Shown: piece by piece, positions 50,716-63,988 of the stretch
How positions within the stretch are numbered: the stretch's first letter is position 1
How the letters are laid out: each line of letters starts with the position of its first letter
Assembly (NCBI RefSeq): GCF_035084215.1
Contig: NC_090362.1
Coordinates: 8,122,001-8,186,000, forward strand
DNA from: Heptranchias perlo
Lineage: Eukaryota
Length of the DNA: 64,000 nucleotides
Direction of reading: 5' to 3'
The notes under the pieces: generated by a model
The model's input: the letters and a program-made list of their open reading frames with translations, nothing else
Databases searched by the model: none
Told to the model about the DNA's origin: nothing
Program-made: the position numbers and the translations under genes

Positions 50716-53700
50716 TATGATCAAATTTTGGATTGGCAATTGGTGCAGCAAGGACCAGGAAATCATTATTTCCATTACTTGAGTGAGATGATCTGTTTAT
50801 ATCATCCATCAATCACTTCACTGATGCTTCCTAATTTATCATAAAACACTTAAATTACCCTGGTTACTTTGTTTAATTCATTCCATACAGACTGGAACTG
50901 AATTTAGTCTATCACAAAACCTGGTTTCAACCAAGCCCAGATTATTTGTGCTTGTCAGGCAAATTAGAGTTTCATGTACAGCTTTGACTGAACTTTCCCA
51001 CCTTTATAAACTGGGGACGGCAATGTGAGTGATGACAAACTAGTCCCACTGCTCGAACTAAAATTAAAGAGGAGGTATGGTTATAACATGATTTTAAATA
51101 AAGATTGTGAGGTAAATGAGGAAAGCAAGGATATTAAAAATAACAAGTATTGTACAAATAAATTATAAGCAGACCACACAGATTTCACAAAGGACAAACC
51201 TGAGATGAGTTCTTTGAAGAGGTGGCAGATACTGTGGATGGAGGAAATTCAGATGAGTGATTTTCTAAAATAAAAACAAAATGCTGGAAACACTCAGCTG
51301 GTCAGGCAGTATCTGTGGAGAGAGAAACAGTTAATGTTTAAAGTCGATGACTTTTCATCAGAACTAATTTTTCTAAGTTGGTCTCACTACTGTATTATAC
51401 AGTCCATTTCTAATCCCCATCCCTTCACCTTGAGAGATGGTCCATTATACTGGGCTGCACTTCTACAAGTGTTCACAGCCCTCTGGTTCTTTAACCAAGT
51501 GGCCGTTCTTGATCTTGGAGATTAGACAGTGATTGTCGGCAGGCTATTTGAGACAAGGCATCACAGCCAAAAGTTTACATAAGCTCTTTCCAGCTGGGGA
51601 TGAACAATAGCGATTAGACCTTGGAATCCTTGTGATTCCCTGCCCCTTTCCCCACTGGCTCTGGGGTGCTAATGCCAATTGGAGTACTCCCAATGCACTT
51701 TGGGGGTACACTCAGCGCAAATTGAATCCAACCCCCTGGTTCTGTATTTTCTATGCACATGGTCCAGCAGGAGAATCCCATATTATAGTTATGTGGAGCT
51801 GATGGTGGTTCATACTGGGCTGTGCAGGGACCTTACATGGAGCTCTCCTTGATAGTTCACCAAGTAAATGCACAGTTATCGGGCGTGCTGAACGCATACA
51901 GAGCAGGAACGTCCCAGCTTCGATCCGTGGGCTGTGCTGAGTTACCTGATCTTGATTGGGATGATGATCGAGGTGCTAGTCATTCTCAACGCCCCTGGTC
52001 ATTGTCGTCTTTCTCTTCCGTGGCATCTGAGACAGCCCATTTCTTCCACCATCCAGCAGTTTGTGCTCTGGGTTGTTTCCATAACAAATTCCCTTTTTGT
52101 TTTAATAGGTCGTTAGCCTGACTCACAGGTCCATATCAGAAGAACTGGCTAGTGGGGTTGGTGTTTCTGAAGCTGAGTTGCCCTCAGCGCTTGTGCTGCG
52201 TTTGTGTTTGCCCTCAGTGTCTGTTCTGTAGCTGCGGGTTTGAAGTTGTGTGAAAGCTGGCTGGGAGAGAGGGAGGTTTATTTTGTCAGTCGCTTCTGGC
52301 AGAAGAGCTTTGCTTCACCAAATAATAAGGGCGTGACCCCAGCGCCAGGAACTGCTTGCACAATTTCTTTAGGAGGAGACTGAGTTACTGGGACCTGTTT
52401 ATAGTAACCACCTCCACAGAGACAACTCAGTCAGTCCCATTAAAGCCTCCCCACCCTGGGACTGGAGTGGGTGTACAGGACCTGGTCTGTGAGCACAGCA
52501 GTGTGGTGAGTTGCACTAGTTCGATTTGTCATTAAAGTATAATTTACCCATTGATGACCAAGGGATCAATTTGTTTTCCAAAGTAAAATATGAAAGGGCG
52601 GTGGAAGTAGCTTCAATAGTAACTTTCAAAAGGGAATTGGATAAATACTTGAAAAGGAAACATTTGCAGGGCTACGGAGAAAAAGCAGAGGAGTGGGATT
52701 AATTGGATAGCTCTTTCAAAGAGCCGCCAAAGGTACAATGAGCCAAATGGTCTCCTGTACTGTATGATTCTATGTACAGGGTGACTTGTCTGTGACTGAT
52801 GAATCCAGTCATCCTTGAATTAAATGTAAAAACAAATAATGACACGAGCTACTTACACAGATCTCATCTGAATTATTCAGTATATTCAATGTTCTTAGAT
52901 GATTTCAGAATTAATGAGAGGCTTTTAAATCATCTCACGTTGATCTTTCTGTTCGCTTTAATGGCCAAAATATAATTTTGCTGGTATGAATTAATAGTTC
53001 CGGTCGTCATGTATGAAATTTTCACTCACCCACAGCATTAAGTGGGCTTGTAGTTTGTGTGTACTGGAGGATATTGCCAAGAGGAAATGTTCTGTATCCT
53101 GCCTATGTAAAAGTTAACTTTGATATAATGTCTTGCGAATGTGATTATGCATGTTTATTGTGTATAATACCTTCTTAGCTCATGTATCTCTGTTAACTCT
53201 CAACCGAATAGGACAATACTTTAACTGAAAGGCAGGGGAATGGGACTAAGTAGCGAGCTCTTTCAGAGAGCCAGCACAGCTGAAATGGGCCAAATGGCCT
53301 CTTCCAGTGCTGCAGAATGATTCTATGGAATGTTTTTCTTCATGTGCATCTCATATTTTCATGACCACTTGACCCAAGAGAGATTTTTGGCTTAAGCTTT
53401 GAAATGTTTTTGAACTGAAGTCACATTCAGGATTCTAAAGTTTAATTCACAAAGGTCTAGCATCCTTTCTGTTAGAAATAAAGGTTTGCATTTAAATTGC
53501 TCCTTTCAAGACCTCAAGATGTCCCAAAGCACTGTACAACCAATGAAGTACTTTTGAAGTGCAGTCACTGATGTAATATAGGAAACACAGCAGCCAATTT
53601 GTGCACAGCAAGATCCCACAAACACTCGCTCAGTGCTGCACTGGAGTGTCAGCCTAGATTATGTGCTCAAATCTCAGGAGTTGGAGCTTGAACTCACAAG

Positions 53701-54684
53701 CTTCTGACTCAGAGGCGAGAGTGCTACCACTGAGCCACACTTGTATCTTGACTGTGGAAGGCAGGCTGGATTCACTGGGACAAAGAAGAGATCGATATGT
53801 TAATGGGTTCTCCTGAAAGTTAATGAGCCTTAGCGAGATGGATTATTGTCACTTTCAGACACTTCCAGTAGGTATTCCTACATGAGGCGCTGGATTCATC
53901 CGCACACTGAATGAAGTTGTCTGATTGAGGTACAGATAAAGGGGGAGGCAGGGTAGCCGGTGTAATTGGCGGCCCGACTAGTCAACTCCCTAATTGGTGA
54001 GAGGATCAGTGGTCACTTCATGCCCAGCCTCATCTCATTACAGTGTGAATCATCTGCCTTTGGGACGATTGGAGAAATGCACACAGAGGCAGCTGTGAGA
54101 TCATCTAGTTCATACAACAAGAGGGGTATCATTCTTATGGCTAGATACTGGGCAAGAAAGGTAAACTCCTGTTCACAAGGGACACGGCATCTGCTTATGG
54201 GAGAGACTGGTGAAGCTGAACCCAAAGGAATACTGAGAGCAGATCCGACATTTGTATTTTTAAAGGTAAAGGCAGGTTACTTTAACTAATTTCAATACTT
54301 CTAGTAAAACAGGTGAAGTGACTAGAGGATCAAAAGTGCAATCTCTCTGACCTAGCTTGCGGTCACCCCTCCTAATCTCTCCCTTCCTGGTTTGGCACTC
54401 GTTTCCTTGCACCTATTTGTGAATCACCTTGTCCCATGGCAATATGGAAAATCTAATGTAAAAGTGGAGAATTTACAGGAGAGAAAGAGGCCGTTTATCC
54501 ACCAGGCCTTTGCCAGTTCTAGCACTGCAGCTGAAGCTGCCTCCTTGCACTTCCTCTGTATCTTTTTACGTATGTAAGTTTGCCATTCATGACATTGAGC
54601 CGTAATTAACCTTGAACTAATGAATAAAGGAGGTACCCTGCCCAGAAATAACCAGTAACATCAACTTACCTTTCATCTAGCAAA

Positions 54685-54895
54685 AGTAAAATACTGCGGA
54701 TGCTCGAAATCTGCAATAAAAACAGAAAATGTTGGAAAGCACTCAGCAGGTCAGGCAGCATCTGTGGAGAGAGAAACCGAGTTAACGTTTCTGGCCGATG
54801 ACCTTACATCAGAACTCCTGAAACGTTAATGCTGTTTCTCTCTCCGCAGATGCTGCCTGGCCTGCTGAGTGTTTTCCAGCATCTTCTACTTTTAC
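54685..54895. mobile_element. Penelope-like terminal repeat in inverted (fold-back) arrangement
   Basis: About 70-bp arms (54720-54791 and 54820-54895) are reverse complements; degenerate hammerhead motif at the centre. Confidence 0.65.
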
Positions 54896-56270
54896 GTAGC
54901 ACCTTTTGATGTAGGAGAAATGTTCCCCGGTGCTTCACAGACGTGTAATTAGACATCGAACCAAAGAAGGAGATTTTAAGGAGTGTGGGGACGGACTAAA
55001 AGCTCTAAACCAAAGGGAAAGATCCAATTACAGTAACAAAAAAACCCCTCCCAGTTTACCCAGTGGTTCAGTTGGTAAGTACATTCTCTAGTGTGGAACT
55101 GAACCACAGGATCAGGAAGATCCCAGGACTTGAGCTGCAATCTGTGCTGAATTAGCTGATCGCAGTTGGTGGTAGGGACACTACGGTTGACCCTGGTGTG
55201 GAGACAGGAAGAATGGGCCATGGCTCCCCCTCCCGTTGGCTATCCAGAGATCCCCTGCTGGCAGGCGTGGGTGGCAGCTGAGAACGGGATTGGGGAACAC
55301 TTGGTTGTGACGCTGCACTTGGTTGAAAAAGCCTCCCACGACTCACTGTCTAGGCTCGGTCGGAAATAATGATAAACGTGGACAATGTACCAGAGAGCGG
55401 TTGGTGAGGAGAGGTAAGACTTGGAGAGGGTTAAAAAAACAAGTGGCATAGCTGAGGCCTTGGGCTGAGTAGAGGAGGGAAGAGCTATTCTCTCAGCCCT
55501 CATTACATAGAATTTACAACACAGAAACAGGCCATATCGGCCCAACAGGTCCATGCCAGTGTTTATGCTCCATTCGAGTCTCCTCCCACCTTACTTCATC
55601 TCACCCTGTCAGCATAGCCTTCTATTCCTTTCTCCCTCGTGTACTTATCTAGCTTCCCCTTATTGCCCATCGGGTTTTTGTTTTGTCAAGTTTTGTTTCT
55701 CCTTGACCTCTCCTGATGACACTAAACTCTGGCTGGGATGCAGTTCCACAGGCACTGGGCATTGTGGCACCAATGGCAACTTTCCATGTCTGAGCTGAAA
55801 CAGTATCTGCTCATGTGGGCACCCAGTAGAAAATGGGATACTGGCAGAAGCCATCGAACCCCAGTGATCGATGGAGCAGGACTGTAGGTAAATGTTACTT
55901 GTTCTAACAATAAGGGAATTATCAGATAAAACATTGAGAATGAAACTTTTTTCTAAAATAAAATGCATTGCTGCCCTGCCCTAATCATTCATAGAATCTT
56001 ACAGCACAGATGGAGGCCATTCATCCCATTGTGCCTGTGCTGGCTCTTTGAAAGAGCTATCCAATCAGTCCCACTCCCCTGCTATTTCTCCATAGCCCTG
56101 CAAATTTTTCCTTTTCAATTATATATCCAATTTGCCTTCTGTATCAAAGGAGTAGCAGGTGACCTTGTGTCCACATTGGTACTCTAGAACTGGCCCCAGA
56201 GGGTGTATAAGAGCAATCCCCAGTGTCTCTTCCTCTATTGTCTCATCCTTGTTTATAAGGGGAGCACTTA

Positions 56271-56438
56271 GGGTTGATCTTGACCTTGCGCGACAGTAAA
56301 ACGGGTGATAGTGAGTCGGCAGCCCGTTTAACATCTCTCCATTGAAGTCAATGACAACAAAAATGGGGAGAGATGTAAAACAGGCTGCCAACTCGTTAAC
56401 ACCTGCTTTACACTGTCACGCAAAGTCCAAATCTACCC
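56271..56438. mobile_element. Palindromic MITE, PIF/Harbinger-like
   Basis: Whole element is an imperfect inverted repeat (GGGTTGATCTTGACC...AGTCCAAATCTACCC) flanked by TTA/TTA. Confidence 0.75.
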
Positions 56439-56514
56439 TTAATGTCATCTTAACACTTGAGAACTTGCTTTGGGGTAAATATACGTTCTATCAGAGGTTG
56501 TTGACTGAGCACGC

Positions 56515-56682
56515 ATGCTGACCGTCACTAACTGGGTGTTAATGGTCCTTCCTGACCGACGAGTGCTGACCGTCACTAACTGGGTGTTAATGGTCCTTCC
56601 TAACTGACGAGTGCTGACCGTCACTAACTGGGTGTTAATGGTCCTTCCTAACCGACGAGTGCTGACCATCACTAACTGGGTG
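56515..56682. repeat. 48-bp tandem repeat, 3.5 copies
   Basis: GTGCTGACCGTCACTAACTGGGTGTTAATGGTCCTTCCTAACCGACGA starting at 56515, 56563, 56611 and 56659. Confidence 0.92.
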
Positions 56683-56935
56683 CTGATGAGATACTGATTA
56701 CTGATAGATGATGGGCCCTGACAGTTGCTGACATGATGGACGATACTGTCACTAACTGGGCACTGGTGTCTTTTCCTAAACAATGTTGGGTGTTGATTGT
56801 GAATGAGTGATAATGGATATTGATTGACCTGTCGTTGACTGGCTGCTGGTGGTCCTACCAGATCAGGACCTATTTTCTGCTGATATCTTTTCTTTTATCC
56901 GGACAAGAGACTGTACTGAAGACCCCACTTGAAGT

Positions 56936-57109
56936 ATGGGTTCCCACGGGGCTTTACCAAACACCCCGCCCCTCGAATGCAGACACTGCAGGGAGCTCCG
57001 AGACGAGGCCTACCACGTTGTGCCGGACTTGACACCATGGGCCAGGCGAGAGCGTCAGTCCGCAGAGATGAGGGAAGAGCTGGAAAATATCAAGACGAGA
57101 GTGAGCAAT
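56936..57109 (+). CDS. Candidate first coding exon of an unidentified gene (MGSHGALPNTPPLECRHCRELRDEAYHVVPDLTPWARRERQSAEMREELENIKTRVSN)
   Basis: Pyrimidine tract and AG at 56906-56907, in-frame upstream TGA, strong Kozak AGTATGG, donor AAT|GTAAGG phase 0; non-repetitive coding-like composition. Confidence 0.55.
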
Positions 57110-58974
57110 GTAAGGATGGATGTGAAGGCATCCAATCATTTTCCATGTTTCACAGTAACACTGTCCATTCCTGTTCGATAAATTATGACAACTCATGCTT
57201 TTATCTGGTCTAAGCTACATAGATAAACAAAGTTAGCACAAATCTGAGGGATCAATAATTCAATCTGTGACAAATGTTCAGCGAGGACTGATGTAACTGC
57301 GCGATGACTACAAATACTTTTGAATAAAGGTCTGCGTCGGGTTCCCATGACAGATCGGCAAGTGCATCCTTTGAGTAGCTGAGTCACGGACTGGGAAGGT
57401 TTGATTCCCTGGCCTGCGCTGAGATAGCTGACCTCAAATGAGCTGTCAGGAGGAGTGTTACAATTGACCTCAGTGGTTAAGGAGGAGAAAATTAGGCAGA
57501 GCTCCTGGTGCTGATCACAATCTGTTAGAAGTGCCTTTATTGTGTGTGTTGGGTGAGAACAGGACATGGGTCAGGCTGATACTCGCTGCAAGGTCCACAC
57601 TTGAACATACTGAAGGAAGAGTGAGATAAGACCATCAGGCCCAGCAAGTCCACCCCATCCAGTCAACGGTGCAACCTCGCACACCTGTTATCTCCTGGGA
57701 AAGGCAGAAAGACCTGACCCCCTGAGGTAATCGAGCAAACTCCAGGAGCCTCCCATTGCCCATGTCTCATCACAATCTCAACTAACTAGCAACGTACCCC
57801 CTATAACTGGGCATGTCCTCTTCTCTCAGGAACATGTTATGTTCCCTTTGAACGGACACACAAAGTGTAATGGAAATCTGGAACTTTCTCCCCCAATAAG
57901 CTGTGGATGCTGGGGGTCAATTGAAAATTTCAAAACTGAGATTGATAGATTTTTGTTAAGCAAGGGCAATAAGGGTTATGGAACCAAGGTGGGTAGATGG
58001 AATTAAGATAGAGTTCAGACGTGATATAATTGAATGGCAGAATAGGCTTGAGGGGCTGAATGGCCTACTGCTGTTCCTATGTTCCTATGACTGTAGCAAC
58101 CCCATAATCACCACATGCCTCAGCAGTCTGTTCCAGAGGGCGATGACTCTCTGCAAAAGGCAATGCTTCCTTGCATCTAACCTCATTCTTTGTCAATGGT
58201 TATTATGGACACGCTCCCAAGTCCTACCATTCCTATCCATCTCAAGTAATCTTGGACTGTATTTGATCCCCTCAAATTGGCCAACTGGGTGAGGCACCAG
58301 TGGGTGACCAACATCCGTGGAACTGAACTCCTTCAAGGAGTCAGCGTCGTCAGGGGAGGAGAGGAGGTGAGAATGTTGGTGGGGAAAGAGCCCTTGTGGC
58401 AAAGAGGTTGTCTCATTAACAGAAACTGAAGACACTCACTTAGGAGGAATGGACATTGAAGGGTCTTCCCCAAAGGGTCGCTGGGTGAAGGTGCAGATGC
58501 CATTGCCGAACCGTACAGGCCATGTAGGTACCAGCTGCCACCCTTGGTCTGTACCGAGCAGTCCATGTTCTTATCAGTATCCCTGGGCTACACAGGGGAA
58601 AAATCAGCCAGGGCTCCTCATCCTGATTACAACCCAGTGACCTCTTGTGGGAAGAGTATGTGTGGAGAGGATGACACTCATGATCTAGTTTCACCATTTG
58701 GGTGATAGTCTGTCTGGGCCTGGATTCCAGGAGCAGTCGATGTCCTCAGGACAAGAGAAGATAATTGAGTGATGAATGGGTTGACACTGAAGTATAATAT
58801 ACACGCTCTGCAGCAGAATGTTTTAAGGATTCTTCAATTGCAATAGGTTAACTTGTGGACTAAGAAGCATTTTGATAATAGCTGTTATTCTCACTTCAGG
58901 AAACTTTCACCAGGACAGCCCACACCGAACCCGATAGCTAAAGTAGTGACTGTGCGATTGGCCAGTGAAGACAC

Positions 58975-59215
58975 TGCCTTCAGCTGCCTGGGCCCTAAGC
59001 TCTGGAATTCCCTCCCTAAACCTCTCCGCCTCTCTACCTCTCTCTCCTTGAAGACGCTCCTTAAATCCTACCTCTTTGACCAAGCTTTTGGTCACCTGTC
59101 CTAATATCGCCTCATGTGGCTCAGTGTCAAATTTTGTTTGATAATCGCACCTGTGAAGCCCCTTGGGACGTTTTACTACGTTAAAGGCGCTATATAAATG
59201 CAAGTTGTTGTTGTT
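58975..59215 (+). mobile_element. L2 3' fragment
   Basis: AFSCLGPKLWNSLPKPLRL...LKSYLF; (gtt)n tail. Confidence 0.85.
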
Positions 59216-59579
59216 GTAACATATGATGTAGACGGGACTGTGTGTGATAAAGCTTTAAGCACACAGCCCTGTAACACATGATGTAGAATGTGACTGAAAA
59301 CACCCCTGATGTTCTCAGTGCTCCCTTGGCGAGAGATGCCTTGGCGAGAGATGTCTGATGGCTTATGGTGTGGTGGAGCCTCCCCCCACATTTATTTGGA
59401 TGGCGATCTGGTATTGCCTGAATGAATCTAAACGCTCTTCCCCACTAACCATTGATATTTATCAAAATACACCGAGGGGAAAATGTTGGAAGGACTGAGC
59501 CCGAATGTGAACAATAAGCTTCTTCTCCTCTGGTATTTTGCTTATTGTCTTCAACACGGCTTAACAACCTCCTCCCAGC

Positions 59580-59933
59580 TAGGGGTTGCCAACTCTGGCT
59601 GGACTTATTCCTGGAGGTTTCATCACATGATCTCCAGACTCCAACTGCTCCCACCATTGGTCGCCCAACACGTCCATCATCGCGGTGCTCCGCCTTCCCA
59701 CGGCCAATTGGAAAGCGAAAAGACTCTTTATAACCCGATTGGGTTATTTTATCCAATGCCCGATATTTTTATATCTAATAAACAGAAGTGTTCAAAGAAA
59801 ATGAAAAAAAAACACTTTTTCTTCCAAAGCCCCATGATTTTTTTCCCCGGGTCTTTGCTCGCAGCAGTGTCCTGGAGATTAATCTTTAATCCCTGGAGAC
59901 TCCAGGCCAATCCTGGAGGGTCGGCAACCCCTA
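59580..59933. mobile_element. Non-autonomous hAT DNA transposon (MITE)
   Basis: 14-bp TIR TAGGGGTTGCCAAC / GTCGGCAACCCCTA; 8-bp TSD CTCCCAGC / CTCCCAGT. Confidence 0.85.
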
Positions 59934-60206
59934 CTCCCAGTTGCAGTTAGTCGCTGGCTGGCTTAGTCATTGATTTTACTTGGCCTGGCCCAGCTGCATT
60001 CCCGGTTTGGGATGGTCTCTCCCTGACCTGGAATGTCTGAACTTAGGACCCGAAGCAGATTAGAGCAACATTTCCATTTCAGAATCGCGTCGTCCCATTT
60101 TTGAACTGGCAACTAAAGTAAACACACTGATGAGTTCTGTTTGTGGCTGAGAAAGATGGATGAATTATCGATTTATTTTCAGACTAAATGAATATTTACT
60201 TCCTAG

Positions 60207-60290
60207 GCCGTTCAAGCATTCGAGCTGGCCAGCAGCCGACTGTGTTTGGAAAGAGCTTATCAGGCCAACGTGGAGTTTGTGGAAGATGTG
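60207..60290 (+). CDS. Candidate exon 2 of the same unidentified gene (AVQAFELASSRLCLERAYQANVEFVEDV)
   Basis: tttacttcctag| acceptor, GTG|GTATGT donor, 84 nt open in phase 0/0. Confidence 0.6.
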
Positions 60291-63067
60291 GTATGTTCTT
60301 TATAATTTTAAGAAAATGTTTTTTGTATCACTGAATGTAAACAAGCCAAAGAATTGGAGTGAGATGATATTGGAGGGAGTGGCCACAGTCAATAACTCGG
60401 GGCTTGTAGCTGTTGTCATGGATATCGTGGTTAGCCAATTGTAAAACACATTACTAGCAGGTGAATAAGTAGACGAAGCACCATAATAAAGTGTAAACAG
60501 ATGGATAATATAAAATAGCAAGTCATCAAACAATCCCCTCCTTAACTCATAACATACCACATTCAAACACTTCACTAAGCTCAGAATAGGAGTGTGACAA
60601 CTAGCATTTAATTAATGAAATAACAGCCAAACGCTAATCATCTTCTGCTCAGGGAGGTTATCCAAACACGAAATTAAATTCATTACTTCAAGAGGGAGTC
60701 ATTGAAGATTTATTTGTGACTACAATCTGTTCTGTCAGTTTTGTTTTACCAATTTCACCAATCTTTTTACACAAAACCTTTCTCCCCCAATTTTCACTCT
60801 CCACCAATAGTCCTGATGTGGAGTTCTTGTATTTTTGACCTGTTATTTTGCCTCTTGTATTCGTTCATTGCAAACTGTCAGGCCAAGTGAGAAGACTGCC
60901 TCAGCCATTGCGAACACAAGGCCATTTAGCCTATGGTAGCTGTTTCAGCTCTCGCAAAGCACTATCCCCTCCCTTCCATTGCCCTGTCCTTCCCTCACAC
61001 CATTTTGGCGCTACGTAAATGCAAGTTGTTGTTGTTGTTTACGACCAATGGATTAAAGTGAATTTTTGTGGTCCCAATTTTGAAACTTCACCCACCGGGA
61101 GCGCATTTCAGGAAATTGGGCCTGTGCTTCCCAAAACAAGTTTTCAGAAAATAGTGCAATGTTATAGGGGAAAAAAAAGACATCCTTACAGAAAGAATGT
61201 TCCAAAAAGCACCCAGTAACTACCATGTTTACACACAGATTGTAGACATGGTGACTGGTATTTTCAAATTTCCAGATCCATACTGTTTTCTTTGGCCTTT
61301 AGTTTGCAAGCTGAGGGAATAGAAACCCCATAAGCCAATAAAGAATCTCTGTTTAACTGACATCAAAGCCATCGGGCCACACATAATGTGCATTTGATGT
61401 TTGATAGTCCATTATTAGTTACATCGAGTCTACAGCACGGAAACAGGCCATTTATGCTCCACACAAGCCTCCTCCTTCTTGGTTAAAAACCTCCAAGAAA
61501 TAATCATCTAGGATGGCGTCTATCTCCTGTTCTTCTTTATGTTCAACTGTGCATGGTCCTCATCATTTTAACTTCCTCCTTGACTAGTCTCTTGTTATAT
61601 TTTACATCTTATGTTCCTTTTCAATTTTCTCTCTTACATTTCTTCGATCTGCTTCTGTGTAATCTTGTACTTGATCTAATGGTCACTTTGAGCCTAAGAG
61701 CTTTGTAAATCTTTTGTTTAACCTCCCTTTCAATTTTTCTCTTGATCCATTTTGGTGTATTTTTGTTTACTTTCGTTTCGTGAATTATATGCTTGCTTCA
61801 TTGTGTTTTTAAAGGATGTCCATTTATCTTTGACAAATTTATTCTTAAGAAGTCACCCCCCCCCCCCCTTTCTATCTATGTTAGTATACCATGTCTATTC
61901 CCTCAATAGTGTCTGGGTTACTCACAAGAACCAAGAGTCAATGGGTTACCAAACAAACCCCCTCCTTAACTTGTGACATACCAGATCCAAGCATTAATCA
62001 ATGGTTCTGAAACCGAATATTGCTTGTTACAGGCTTCACGTCACGAAGCTCAGAACAGGAGTGTGACAAAACTGAACCATTTCATCGAAGATTTAGCATG
62101 GCCTTGGCTTTTTAAATTATATCAAGGTGTGCAAGGGATTAAATCAGCATCACTCACAGAAGAACGTTCCAGCTCATTTTTGATACGATTGTTGCCAGAT
62201 TGGTGCTTCTTGTGGAACAGGTGACACAGGAGCCAATCCATATAATTCAAAACCAAATTTTACACTAATAATGGTGACACACCAGGCTGTGACCAGCGAC
62301 CTTTAAACAGCAAAGCCCCCCCCCCCAATAATAAATGTGTACGCAGAGCAAGGCCCCACCCAAAATAGCATGATGGAGGTGGGAGGAAGCCCATCCCAGG
62401 AAATCCATCCACGTCTTCCCCACAAAGCAATCAGTCCAATTCAGTCTTCACAATGGGGAGGGTGACTCAGTTAGGACACCCGCTTCTCTTCCCCAAAGAG
62501 CCATAGCTCCAGTCCCTCGTGCGTCTTGCCACTCAAGCACTTGCAGCCTTGCCAGCACCCACAACGGCCCAGAAATTCATTCATTCCCTGCACCAGAATG
62601 GTTAGGCCCGAAGCTCCCCAGATATTGGGCCCTCGGGCCTGATTATAAGGAGCTGGCGCAGCACAACAGCCCGACGGTGAAGACTACAGAAAAATTGGGC
62701 CGCTGCTAAGGTCACAGCAGTAAAAAAAAATTGGATAGCCCGGTGGTGAAGGATCGAATACTAGAGCCTGGTCTTCAGTTGCTTCCGAGCCTCTATTCTC
62801 AGAGATCCCCATTACACACACCGTGCACCCCCTAGATAAGCTCCCTCCGATAAATGGACACAAGAGAGTCCCCAATTGATACCCACCACCTGAATACAAT
62901 TAACACTAATTTATATAAATCACATGGATACAATTAACAACAGCGACTCGCAGGTAAGTGGATCCGTGGAGTCGGAGATCGAGATGGGGGCATGGCAGCA
63001 GCAATTGAGTCCTTTAATGTGGGGTCAGGAGGAGCACTACTATTCCTCCTGGCTTCACGTTCAGGTA

Positions 63068-63290
63068 AGTCACTCACCATCCTGACTTGGACAAATATCG
63101 GCCGTTCCTTCACCATCGCTGGGTCAAAATCCTGGAACTCCCTTCCTAACAGCACTGCGGGAGAACCTTCACCACACGGACTGCAGCGGTTCAAGAAGGC
63201 GGCTCACCACCACCTTCTCAAGGGCAATTAGGGATGGGCAATAAATGCCGGCCTCGCCAGCGACGCCCACATCCTGGGAACGAATTTTTA
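63068..63290 (+). mobile_element. 3' end of CR1/L2-group LINE
   Basis: RSFTIAGSKSWNSLPNS...HGLQRFKKAAHHHLLKGN plus family tail. Confidence 0.85.
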
Positions 63291-63988
63291 AAAAGGAGAG
63301 TGAGGAGGAACATGTTTCCTGGAATCAATGAGAGAGGGAACCAATATCAACACTGGGGACACACAGCAAGAGAATGTTAAAAATGGTAATCGATGCTTGT
63401 CAGCATTATCAGGCCTCCACACATTTTCCCTACTGCAGGTTGGTGCCAATACTTTAAATGAACCCCACAGCAATGTAGGATTTTAATGCTGAGCTTTATT
63501 AACTGTGTGATTTTTCTTTTAAATTTAAATTCCATCCCCCACCACCAATTTTCCCCTCCTTACCTGGCAACAGTCCTTTACACTTCAGTCCAGGAGTGCA
63601 CGGGAGGAGGAAGACTTGCATTTGTATAGCGCCTTTCACGTCCTCAGGACATCCCAAAGTGCTTCACAACCAATTGTAGTCACTGTTGTAATGGAGGAAA
63701 CGCAGCAGCCAATTTGCACACAGCAAGCTCCCACAAACAGCAATATAATGACCAGGTAATCTGTTTTAGGCTTTGGTTGAGGGATAAATGTTGGTCAGGA
63801 AACTGGGGAGAACTCAGTTCTACAAATGTTCAACTGCATTAACGAATAAAAGCCATTGCAAGCATTCTGCCCTTCAGGCAACTGTATATTGTTGGGTCAG
63901 GTTGTGTTTTTAATTCTACTTTATCCAAATCGTCTCTGTAGGCTCCATGGCAGCCTGAGCCCTGTTCTTGTGTCCTTTGTCCCCACAG

